A DNA stretch of 64,000 bases, from positions 704,001-768,000 of the forward strand of contig CBDFJG010000004.1 in assembly GCA_965248445.1 (NCBI GenBank), read 5' to 3'. The position numbers and the translations under genes were made by a program. This document shows, in pieces, positions 26,441 to 35,079 of the stretch. The notes under the pieces are model-generated. The model worked only from the letters and a program-made list of their open reading frames with translations, was not told the DNA's origin and made no database searches. The first letter of the stretch is position 1. Every line of letters starts with the position of its first letter. Origin of the DNA: Planctomycetota bacterium. Its GTDB lineage: Bacteria; Planctomycetota; JAJSAM01; JAJVHW01.

Positions 26441-29002
26441 TCACCGTCGTTGGAGGACGTCCAGGATGCGGAAGTGCAGCTCCATCGCCTCGACCGCCCA
26501 CTCGCGGTCGGCACCGTCGGTGGCCGCCTGCAGGTATGCCTGCGCGGCCTCCTCGAGGTCTCCGACGTTTCCGCGCTGCACCAGCGCCTTCCCGAGTTCG
26601 AAGCGCGCTTCGGCGAACTCCGGTTCCTCCTGCAACACCGCCCGCAGCTCGGCCACGGCGTCATCGATCCGGTCCGGGTCCGTGGCAAGCAGGTGCACTG
26701 CACGGGCAAAACGCAGCGGTACGTTCAATCCGCCCTGCTGGCGCTCGATGCTCGCGAACATCGACTCCGCCTCGGCCCGGCGCCCGCTGCGGGCCGTGAC
26801 GATCGCGAGCGCGAGGAACGCGTTCGCGACGTCCTCCGGGTCCTCCTTCTGCGCTCGATCCAGACGTGCCTCGGCGTCCGACATCTCCTTCGCGAGCCGC
26901 TCGTCCAGCCACTTCAGGTGCTCCGCCGCGCGGCTCGTTGGCGACGAGACGCCGACGGCCTGCGTGTACGACGTGCGCGCCAGCGCCGGCCGATCCAGCG
27001 TCACCAGCGCGTCGCCGTACGCCAGGTACAGGTCGTACGCGACCTGCCGCAGATCGGTCTCCCGATCCCCGCGCTCGAACAGATTGTCCAGGAGGTCGCG
27101 CGCTCTCCGGTACTGCGAGAGGTCCCCGGTGGCCGCCGCATCGAGGGAGAGCGCGTCGGCGAGCACGAGCATCAGCTCGCGCGACGGAGGTTCGCCACGC
27201 TTCTCGGCAGCGGCGACCTCGCCCTCGAGCGCGATCTCCAGCACCGCCACCGCCTCGGCCGTGAGAGCGAGGCGGACCAGCGCGCGTCCGTGCTCGACCG
27301 CCAACGATGTGTCGTCCGGGGTGAGCGACCGCGCCCTTGCGAGCGCGGCCGCGCCGGGTGTGAGTGCGCCCATCGCGAGCTGACAGCGCGCGAGCCCCGC
27401 CCAACCCCCGGCCCAGCGACCCGGGAGGAGCGCCCCGGCGAGGGCCGCCCGCTCGGCGCGCCACGCCCACGGTGCTGCGTCCACGTCCTCCACGTCGCCG
27501 CGCAACGACGTGGCGAGCGCCGCGTACCGTGCCAGCACGGTCCCGACGGTCACCGAAGCAGCGCGATCCCGGGACAGCGCGGCGCCGGCCTCGGTCAGCG
27601 CGCCTTCGCGCGTCACCAGTTCCTGCGCCAGCGCGTTGGCGTCGTCGTACGCGGCCTCGACCGCCGCCCGCGCACCGTGACGGTCCGCCGACAACAGCTG
27701 CTCTCCGATCTGCCACGCGCGCGGCACCGCGGCTCCGGGATCGACGCGCAGAGCGGTGCTCATGAACGGCGCGCGCACGCGATAGACCGGCGCTTGCCGA
27801 ACGGTTGCGGCCACCGTCGAGGCCACGAGCAGCGCAGCGCAGACCGAAGCGGGACGGCGGACCGCGCCTCCGCGCCGCACCGCGCCCTCGACCGCCAGCG
27901 CGACTCCGCACGCGATCGGCGGCCACGCGACGACCGCATACCACGCTGCGTGCGGGGTGCCGCCGGACCACGCGAGCGCGCAGAGGGGAGCGAGCGCCGC
28001 CACGCCGGCGAGCCCAAGCCGCGCGGCGGCCGACGAGCGTCGCCGCCACAGTCCGACGGCCAGTCCGACCAGCAGAAGCGCCGCGGCGACGCGAGCGACG
28101 GTGGTCGCCGTCCACGGCCCGGCCGCCAGATGGACGTGCGCGGGCAGCAGCGGCGCGACCAGCGTCGCTACCACCCCGGCCAGGGCGTCGAGCAGGTCTG
28201 GGCGGGGGCTGAGCGGCGGATCGCGCGCGCCGGCGAGCGTGGCGATCATCTCCGCCCGCGCGATCAGCGCGACCGCCGCGGGGCCGACCACGACGCAGCA
28301 CCGTGTCACCACCGTTCGGACCCGCGCTCCGGAGGTGGCGACGAGCGCCAACGCGGCGAGTGCCGCGCCGTACCCCAGCTCATGCGTGAGACCGGCCGCG
28401 GCGGCGAGAAGTCCCGCCGCGAACGCGCTGCCGAGTCCACCGGAAGCGGCTTCCGCGCGCGGTGTGCCGACATCCCGCACTGCCGCGTGCAGTGCCAGAA
28501 TCGCCGGCAGCCCGGCCGCGATCACCGACAGTCGTGCCGGCCATCCCACCGCCGCCCCGAGATGCGGCGATGCGGCGACGAGCAACCCGGCCACGAGGGC
28601 GGCCGCGGGCGGGCCGCGGGACCGCAGCACCAGCAGGAACGTGAGCCAGGCCACGAGCGCGAGAAGGAACAGTGACACGCCGCCGGCGAGCCGGTGCGCG
28701 TTCTGCCCCCCTGCGAGCCGCACCACGGAATGCAGCGACGTCCCGAGCGGCCGGTACGTCGTCTCCGCCACGATCTCGCCGGCCGGCTCCCACGCCGCCG
28801 CCGGGTCGGAGACGGCGCGAGAGAGCACTCCACCGACCGACTCGCCGACGCCTGCCGTGAGCGCCGTGTTGCGGATGAGCGCGGGGCCGTCCTCCGGCAG
28901 CACCTGCTTCGCGTGCGGCGCGCGCACGGAGAGATGGCCCGGCAGGTGCAGCAGCACCGCACCGAGAACGACGAGCACGGCGTACAGGCGGGTGCGACTC
29001 AT
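26441..29002 (-). CDS. Multi-TM protein with C-terminal TPRs, TMTC-like architecture, divergent
   Basis: EDGPALIRN...YRPL, many Ala/Leu-rich TMs, TPR-like C-terminus (PEFAEARFELGKAL). Confidence 0.7.
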   Translation of the reverse strand: MSRTRLYAVLVVLGAVLLHLPGHLSVRAPHAKQVLPEDGPALIRNTALTAGVGESVGGVLSRAVSDPAAAWEPAGEIVAETTYRPLGTSLHSVVRLAGGQNAHRLAGGVSLFLLALVAWLTFLLVLRSRGPPAAALVAGLLVAASPHLGAAVGWPARLSVIAAGLPAILALHAAVRDVGTPRAEAASGGLGSAFAAGLLAAAAGLTHELGYGAALAALALVATSGARVRTVVTRCCVVVGPAAVALIARAEMIATLAGARDPPLSPRPDLLDALAGVVATLVAPLLPAHVHLAAGPWTATTVARVAAALLLVGLAVGLWRRRSSAAARLGLAGVAALAPLCALAWSGGTPHAAWYAVVAWPPIACGVALAVEGAVRRGGAVRRPASVCAALLVASTVAATVRQAPVYRVRAPFMSTALRVDPGAAVPRAWQIGEQLLSADRHGARAAVEAAYDDANALAQELVTREGALTEAGAALSRDRAASVTVGTVLARYAALATSLRGDVEDVDAAPWAWRAERAALAGALLPGRWAGGWAGLARCQLAMGALTPGAAALARARSLTPDDTSLAVEHGRALVRLALTAEAVAVLEIALEGEVAAAEKRGEPPSRELMLVLADALSLDAAATGDLSQYRRARDLLDNLFERGDRETDLRQVAYDLYLAYGDALVTLDRPALARTSYTQAVGVSSPTSRAAEHLKWLDERLAKEMSDAEARLDRAQKEDPEDVANAFLALAIVTARSGRRAEAESMFASIERQQGGLNVPLRFARAVHLLATDPDRIDDAVAELRAVLQEEPEFAEARFELGKALVQRGNVGDLEEAAQAYLQAATDGADREWAVEAMELHFRILDVLQRR

Positions 29003-29077
29003 GCGGACCCGGGCGCAGTGAGCCGGGCCGGCGGAGTATAGCCATGCCGCGCGCTCCACCCCGAGTACGCTCGATGC

Positions 29078-30280
29078 ATGCTCCCGCGTTGCGCGCTGCG
29101 CCGACTCGCGTGTCTGCTGCTCGTCGGTGCGCTCTTCGCGCTGCCCGCGCGCGCTCAGGACGGCGTCGCCGCCGGGAGCGAGGGCGATGCGCCGTCTTCT
29201 GCACGCGTGCGCGGCGTCGCAACCTGGCGGCGCTACATCTGGACGATCCAACGCCCGCTGCTCCAGGCGGTGATCGAGGATCTCGAGACGTCACGCAGGG
29301 AGAACGCCGGAACCGACACGACGCGGGACTTCCTGCTGGCATACGCGTACCTCGCCGGTGGGTTCCGCGAAGAGGGCGTCCCCGCGACCGAGCGGGTGCG
29401 TGCGGCAGCGCCGTCGTTCGCCGGGCTCGAACTGCTCGCGGGGATGGTCGCCATCCTCGACCGCGAGCACGCAGAGGCGGAAGCGCACTTCACCAAGTAC
29501 CTCGACGATCTCCGCAAGGCCGAGAGCGATCCGAACTTCGCGACCGACCTGGAGATGCTGGGGCTCCTCCATCGCGGCGCCCACGCCGCGTCGATCGGCA
29601 ACAACGAGCTGGCGCTCGCGGACTACGACGCGGCCATGGCCATGGCGCGCCGCGCCGGGCGCCGCCCCGCCACGCAACTGGTCCAGCGCCTAGCCCGGGT
29701 CCACCAGGGCGAGAATCAGTTGCACCTCGCCGAGCGGTTGATGACCGACCTGATGAAGGAGGATCCCGGCAATCCGAATCACTACTTCAACATGGGTGTG
29801 CTGCGGGCGACTCAGAACGACTCCGACGGTGCCCGGGTCTGGTTTCTGCGGGCGCTGCGCCGCCGCCCGGACTTCGCCGACGCGCACGCCAAGCTCGCCG
29901 CCGTCGCAGCGAAGCAGTTCCGGCTCGTGGAGATGCGCCAGCACCTGGACGCCTTCGCGGCGCTCATCCAGGAGTCGGACGTCGACAGGGAGGCCGAGTT
30001 GCTCGCCGGGTACGCGCTCTACTTCTATCGCATGTCGCGGCAGTTCGACGCCGAGGGCCGTGGCGGGGACCGCGACGAGGCGCTGCGCCGCTTCCAGATC
30101 GTCTGCGAGCGGGCACTCTCGAAGCGTCCCACCTGCTTCCGGGCCCTCGACCTGCTGATCCGGGCCGGCAGCGCGCTGGGCCTCACGAGGGCTCGCATGC
30201 GGGAGTTGAGAGAACGCAAGCGCGCCCTCGAGACGGAGAACAAGGACGCCGAGAGCGCCTTCCGCCGCACCCTCTGCTGA
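29078..30280 (+). CDS. Exported TPR protein
   Basis: Signal peptide ARA-QD; DPGNPNHYFNMG, RPDFADAHAKLA. Confidence 0.85.
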   Translation: MLPRCALRRLACLLLVGALFALPARAQDGVAAGSEGDAPSSARVRGVATWRRYIWTIQRPLLQAVIEDLETSRRENAGTDTTRDFLLAYAYLAGGFREEGVPATERVRAAAPSFAGLELLAGMVAILDREHAEAEAHFTKYLDDLRKAESDPNFATDLEMLGLLHRGAHAASIGNNELALADYDAAMAMARRAGRRPATQLVQRLARVHQGENQLHLAERLMTDLMKEDPGNPNHYFNMGVLRATQNDSDGARVWFLRALRRRPDFADAHAKLAAVAAKQFRLVEMRQHLDAFAALIQESDVDREAELLAGYALYFYRMSRQFDAEGRGGDRDEALRRFQIVCERALSKRPTCFRALDLLIRAGSALGLTRARMRELRERKRALETENKDAESAFRRTLC

Positions 30281-30400
30281 GAGCCCCCCGAGCGCCCCCC
30301 TCCGCGCAGCCTGTGCGAAACCGCTCGTCCCGTCGCGGCGATCTGACGGTCCGGACCCGTTCCGGAGCCTGGCGCGGCCTGCCCGGAAGACCCCCGCAGG

Positions 30401-30415
30401 TGGCACAGGGGTTGC
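30401..30415 (+). promoter_or_regulatory. Sigma54 (-24/-12) promoter
   Basis: TGGCAC-AGGGG-TTGC about 165 bp upstream of the 947-aa gene. Confidence 0.7.
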
Positions 30416-30578
30416 ACCTCGCCCGCCGGATGTCCGTGCGTGGCTCACGTACCGGATCGGGTTCTTGCTTGCCGTGGCCTCCGCCTCAAACGAGACTGGG
30501 GCCGGGCATGGTACGTCCCGATTTCGGTTCGCGTAGCCGCGACGGTGGAACGTCCATCCTGCGAGTGAGGAGCGTGAT

Positions 30579-33422
30579 ATGCGGAACCAGACTTTCAGCA
30601 CCCGCCACCTGAACTGGCGCCGGACGGTCCTTGCCGTCACGGCGGCCACCGTCAGCGCCGGCCTGATCGGGGCCCTGTGGGTACCCGACGAGGCGCAAGC
30701 GCGACGTCGCAAGGGCGGTCAGATGCGCATCGTCGACATCGACGTCGGATCGTTCGCAGGCGTGCCGCTGAACACCGTCATCCAGTTCAAGTTCTCGCAG
30801 AAGCCCTCGCGTTCGTCGGTGCACCACGCCACGTTCCGTATCCGCGAGGAGAACGCCACCCAGACCGGGTTCACCAAGCAGGTTCCCGGCGCGTTCCAGA
30901 TCCAGGGCCGCTCTGTGAACTTCTTCCCGCGCTTGTCCACGCATCTGCGCGACCCGGACAGCGCCACGAACGAGTTCTTCCCCGAGGGCTCCACGCGCGA
31001 CGACGCCGACGAGAACGCCGGCCTGCACCCCGAGGCCAACTACGAGATCACCGTCGTCGGGCACCCGAACACGCTCCCCGTGCGCTCGAACCGCGGTCGC
31101 AAGCTACGACGCTCCGAAACCGTGCAGTTCACGACGGCGCCCGCCACTCCGCGGCAGTTCGCGTACACGCTCGACACGTACCAGGACGCCCCCCCGCCCG
31201 GTTTCGTTCTCTCGAATCCGCCGGACAAGGTGGCGACCCCGCTCGACCAGTACGCCAAGCACGGTGGAACGGTCGAGGTGCAGAACGACCTCGACATCAC
31301 TCTGTTCGGTAACCGCGTACCGCTTAACCCGACCTCGGCGCGGCAGGGCTCGAACATCACGCTGACGCTGACCGAGCGCCAGGGGGATCAGTCGCAGCGC
31401 AAGCCGATCCCCGGCACACCGCACATCGAACAGAACTTCGACACCGCCAAGATCGTGTTCTCGCCGCGTTTCGCGCTGCCCGACCTGGGCGCGTACGCGT
31501 TCCGCGTCACCAAGGACGTGAAGGACATCCAGGGCACGTTCGACTACAGGAACAACCCCGAGCGTCTGCGCCTGCGCGGGATCTGGGAGTTCCTCGACAC
31601 GGCGCGCACGCTGTCGCCGACCACGCCACCTGAGCAGCTCGAGAACCCGCCGATCGACCTCATCTTCGACTGGCCGGTGAACGCAGCTGAGCGCGGCATT
31701 CTGAAGACGAACGCGCTGATCCTCGGCGACACGTACCCCGACGAGATCGACCCGCGCGTGATGGTGCTGTTCAGCACGCGCGACGAGCCCGTCTCCGATG
31801 CAGAGGTCGTCTTCGAGTTCGTGGAGTCGGACGGCAACAACGATGTGGCGCGGTCCACGGGCAGCTACGACGAACTCGTCAGCGGCTCGGCGGCCGCGAT
31901 CATGACGGTCGCCGGCGGCAGCGGCGCTGACGGCGGCTACGAGCCGGTGGCGGACGAGGTGATCAACGTCGACCAGTTCACGAACAACACGATCAACTGG
32001 CGCAACGTGCTCATCCCGCCGGGCGTCGTCGTGACACTCGAGGGTTCGAGGCCGGCGATCCTGCGCGCGCTCAACATCGAGGTCAACGGTGAGATCCGCG
32101 CGGACGGAAGGGTCGGACAGAACGCACCGACCGGGAACGGCCGAAGCACGAACCCGGTACGCAAATTCGGCGGAGCGGGCGGCCCCGGCGGCGGCAAGGG
32201 CGGCGACATGGCCACGACCTTCCCGGGCACCGCCGCCAACGCGCACACGTTCACGGACAACGTTCGCGGCACGGGCTACACGGGCACCGTCGGCAATGAC
32301 TCGCTCGGGAACCTGGCGGTCGACGACGGCGGCCGCGGCGGCCGCGGCGGCACGGCCGGAATCGGCACGATCTACAACGAAGGCGCGGGCGGTGGCGGCG
32401 GCGGCTCGCGGCTCGCGGGCACCAAGGGCGCGAACAACCGGTACACCACGGTCAACTGGAACGGGATCGGCGGCCAGGGCGGCAACGGCTCGTCGAACGA
32501 CGACCTCCTTCCGCTCGTCGGCGGCGCCGGCGGCGGCGCGGGCGCCACCGCATCGTACGCACCGCGGGGATGGAACCAGGGCTCAGGCGCTGGTGGCGGC
32601 GGCGGCGGCGCGGTCCGCGTGGACAGCGCGACTCTGATCACCATCGGCTCGCAGGGCGTCATCCGCTCACGCGGCGGCACGGGCGGCAAGGGCACGACGT
32701 CCTCCACCAACTCCGGCGGTCCCGGCGGCGGCGGCGGCGGCGGCGCGGTCAAGCTCCGCTCGAGCAAGGGCTTCAACATTGCAGACCCGGGCTCGGCGAT
32801 CGACGTGCGCGGCGGCCCCGGCGGAACGAACCAGAACGTGCAGACGTGGGTCGCGCTCTTCGGTGGCACCGGCGGCGAGGGATACGTCCGGCTCGAGGAC
32901 CCGAACGGCGGCATCCTGCTGCCCGGCGCCACACAGGGCGTGTTCGACCCCGTCGGCGGCGGCGTGCCCAGCTTCGTCTACACGCTCTTCGTCGACATCG
33001 GAGTCGGCGGTCCTCGGATCCTCAACTTCACCGAAGACGACTTCACGATATCGGCGATCAACGACGCCATCCTGATCGAGGCGCAGTTCGCGATCGAGGA
33101 CTCGAACGCGTTCGGTCAACCGGACCTCAGCGCGCTGCTGCCCGACGGATCGTCGGTCGACGACAACAAGGTCTCGCAGTGGACGCCTGTCCGCTACGTA
33201 GACAACACCGGTCAGGCGACCCCAGCCATCCCGGGCATTCCGGGCTACGACCCCGGCACACAGGGCAACGACGCCATCTTCGACATCACAACCGTCGTGA
33301 CCGGGAGGGCGTACAAGTTCCTCCGCTTGCGCATCACGTTCCAGCTGGATGACGACCAGTCGAGTTTGGACCCGCTTCCGTTCGTGGATCGCGTGGCGCT
33401 GAACTTCCAATTCAACTTCTGA
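30579..33422 (+). CDS. Large secreted protein with Ig-like (Big_5-like) N-terminal region and Gly-rich repeat domain
   Basis: Signal peptide, GVPLNTVIQFKFSQ...FTT, GGAGGPGG/GGGGGGA repeats, GGEGYVRLED, C-terminal FLRLRITF...FQFNF. Confidence 0.85.
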   Translation: MRNQTFSTRHLNWRRTVLAVTAATVSAGLIGALWVPDEAQARRRKGGQMRIVDIDVGSFAGVPLNTVIQFKFSQKPSRSSVHHATFRIREENATQTGFTKQVPGAFQIQGRSVNFFPRLSTHLRDPDSATNEFFPEGSTRDDADENAGLHPEANYEITVVGHPNTLPVRSNRGRKLRRSETVQFTTAPATPRQFAYTLDTYQDAPPPGFVLSNPPDKVATPLDQYAKHGGTVEVQNDLDITLFGNRVPLNPTSARQGSNITLTLTERQGDQSQRKPIPGTPHIEQNFDTAKIVFSPRFALPDLGAYAFRVTKDVKDIQGTFDYRNNPERLRLRGIWEFLDTARTLSPTTPPEQLENPPIDLIFDWPVNAAERGILKTNALILGDTYPDEIDPRVMVLFSTRDEPVSDAEVVFEFVESDGNNDVARSTGSYDELVSGSAAAIMTVAGGSGADGGYEPVADEVINVDQFTNNTINWRNVLIPPGVVVTLEGSRPAILRALNIEVNGEIRADGRVGQNAPTGNGRSTNPVRKFGGAGGPGGGKGGDMATTFPGTAANAHTFTDNVRGTGYTGTVGNDSLGNLAVDDGGRGGRGGTAGIGTIYNEGAGGGGGGSRLAGTKGANNRYTTVNWNGIGGQGGNGSSNDDLLPLVGGAGGGAGATASYAPRGWNQGSGAGGGGGGAVRVDSATLITIGSQGVIRSRGGTGGKGTTSSTNSGGPGGGGGGGAVKLRSSKGFNIADPGSAIDVRGGPGGTNQNVQTWVALFGGTGGEGYVRLEDPNGGILLPGATQGVFDPVGGGVPSFVYTLFVDIGVGGPRILNFTEDDFTISAINDAILIEAQFAIEDSNAFGQPDLSALLPDGSSVDDNKVSQWTPVRYVDNTGQATPAIPGIPGYDPGTQGNDAIFDITTVVTGRAYKFLRLRITFQLDDDQSSLDPLPFVDRVALNFQFNF

Positions 33423-33427
33423 GCAGT

Positions 33428-33667
33428 GTCTTCTGGCTCAACACCTGACGGTGTTGACGCCGTTGGAGAGACGGGTACTGACACCGATCACATGAGGGCG
33501 GAGCCGCTGGCTCCGCCCTTGTTCTTTGGCTCATCCGCTGACTCGGATGACGCGCAGCGTCTTCTGGCTCAACACCTGACGGTGTTGACGCGGTTGCGGG
33601 CACGGGTTCTCGGATCGACGGTTACTCAGAGAGACTGAACGGGGCGGAGCCACGCGGCTCCGCCCCG
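33428..33667 (+). repeat. Duplicated module containing three TGAC-loop hairpins and two GGGCGGAGCC hairpins
   Basis: Identical 33-mer GTCTTCTGGCTCAACACCTGACGGTGTTGACGC at 33428 and 33559; variant TGGCTCATCCGCTGACTCGGATGACGCG at 33527-33554. Confidence 0.85.
33495..33527 (+). terminator. Intrinsic terminator
   Basis: AGGGCGGAGCC-GCT-GGCTCCGCCCT followed by TGTTCTTT; related hairpin at 33640-33667. Confidence 0.8.
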
Positions 33668-33701
33668 CGTTGATTCGGTGAGCCCGGCGTAGCATGCGCG
33701 G

Positions 33702-35027
33702 GTGAGCGGTGACACCGGGTTGTTCGGGGATGCGCGGCGGCGATTGCGCGAGATCGTCATCGAGGGGCGGATTCCGGCCAAGCCGGCGCCGCTGCGGGTC
33801 GCGCTCTCTTCGTTCCGGGCCCTCGCGCTGGCAGCGCTGCGCTTCGAGAGCGACCGCGGACGCGAGCGAGCCGCTGCGCTCGCATACGGGACGCTCCTCG
33901 CGCTGATCCCCATCGTCCTCCTCGGGGTCTCGGCACTCGAACTGCTCTCTGCGCCGGGCGAAGCGGACGCGTCTCGCCGCGTCCTCGACCTGGTGTTCCC
34001 GTCACAGGCCGAGGCGGTGAAGAGCGGGTTCCTGCAGCTCTTCGAGGAGTCGCGCCGGGCCATCGGCGGCGGCGGCGCCACCACCGCGGTGCGCGTGTTC
34101 TCCGTGCTACTGCTCGTCTACTTCGCGACCAGCCTGATGACGAGCGTCGACCGGATGGTCGCGGCGATCTGGCGCACGGCCCGTTTCCGCCGACTGGCCG
34201 CGCGGATCTCGGCCTACTGGGCTGTGCTGACCCTGGGTCCGGTCGCCATCGCGCTCTCGTTCGCCGGCACGCTCATGGCGAGCGAGCTGCTGGGCGAAGG
34301 CTCGGACGCGGTGCTCGAGAACCTGCTGCGCTTCGGCGTCACCTGGATCTCGGTGTTCCTCTTCTATCGCCTCATGCCTCACACGCGCGTGCGCACCGGC
34401 GCCGCGCTCGCCGGTGCGGCGGTCGCGGGGTCGCTGTGGGAAGGCAGCAAGCTCGCGATGGGCCTGTTTCTGTCGCAGCCGAAGACGCTGTTGACGGCGA
34501 TGACGATCTTCCCCGCGGCAATGCTCTGGATGTACGTCACGTGGCTGATCCTGATCTACGGACTCGAGGTTGCATACATCGTGCAGCAGCGCGCATCACT
34601 CCCGGGCCGCCGGGCGGATCTCGATCCGCCCCACGGCCTGCGATACGACGCGCTGACACTCGCCGTCGCAATCGAGGTCGCGGCCGCATTCGACGCGGGA
34701 CAGGAACCGACCAGGGACGTGCTGGCGGCCGCCCTCGGCGCCTCCGAGGATCACATCCGTGCGGCGCTCCGGCGGTTGACCGCCGCGGACGTCCTGGCGG
34801 TGGGAGAGGCGGGAGGCTACCGCCCCGCCCGGGGGGCGGTCGGTGTGCGCGTGTCGGATCTGGTGGGCGCGGCCCGCGGGCGCGTCGCCGATCTCTCGCG
34901 GGATGCGACGAGCCCGTCTCTCCGGGTCGCCTCCGACTGCCTTGCGGATCACCAGAGCGCCGGCGACCTCTCGACCGAGACGGCCACGCTGGCCGACCTC
35001 GTCGCCCGTCGCCGGGCCGCCGGCTAG
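33702..35027 (+). CDS. YihY/virulence factor BrkB family protein with C-terminal winged-helix-like extension
   Basis: AAALAYGTLLALIP, YWAVLTLGP, FYRLMPHTRV, LWMYVTWLILIYGLE. Confidence 0.9.
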   Translation: MSGDTGLFGDARRRLREIVIEGRIPAKPAPLRVALSSFRALALAALRFESDRGRERAAALAYGTLLALIPIVLLGVSALELLSAPGEADASRRVLDLVFPSQAEAVKSGFLQLFEESRRAIGGGGATTAVRVFSVLLLVYFATSLMTSVDRMVAAIWRTARFRRLAARISAYWAVLTLGPVAIALSFAGTLMASELLGEGSDAVLENLLRFGVTWISVFLFYRLMPHTRVRTGAALAGAAVAGSLWEGSKLAMGLFLSQPKTLLTAMTIFPAAMLWMYVTWLILIYGLEVAYIVQQRASLPGRRADLDPPHGLRYDALTLAVAIEVAAAFDAGQEPTRDVLAAALGASEDHIRAALRRLTAADVLAVGEAGGYRPARGAVGVRVSDLVGAARGRVADLSRDATSPSLRVASDCLADHQSAGDLSTETATLADLVARRRAAG

Positions 35028-35079
35028 ACCGCGCCGACTAGGTAGCCACGCCCGCGACGCCGGTGGGTATCCTCCCGCG

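Noticed and set aside
30275..30346. Selenocysteine read-through at TGC-TGA of the TPR gene
   Set aside because: No clear SECIS hairpin, and the extension is short and uninformative
33428..33591. Possible mini-CRISPR (two identical 33-bp hairpin repeats)
   Set aside because: The 98-bp gap contains a terminator and a related hairpin; no cas genes in the window
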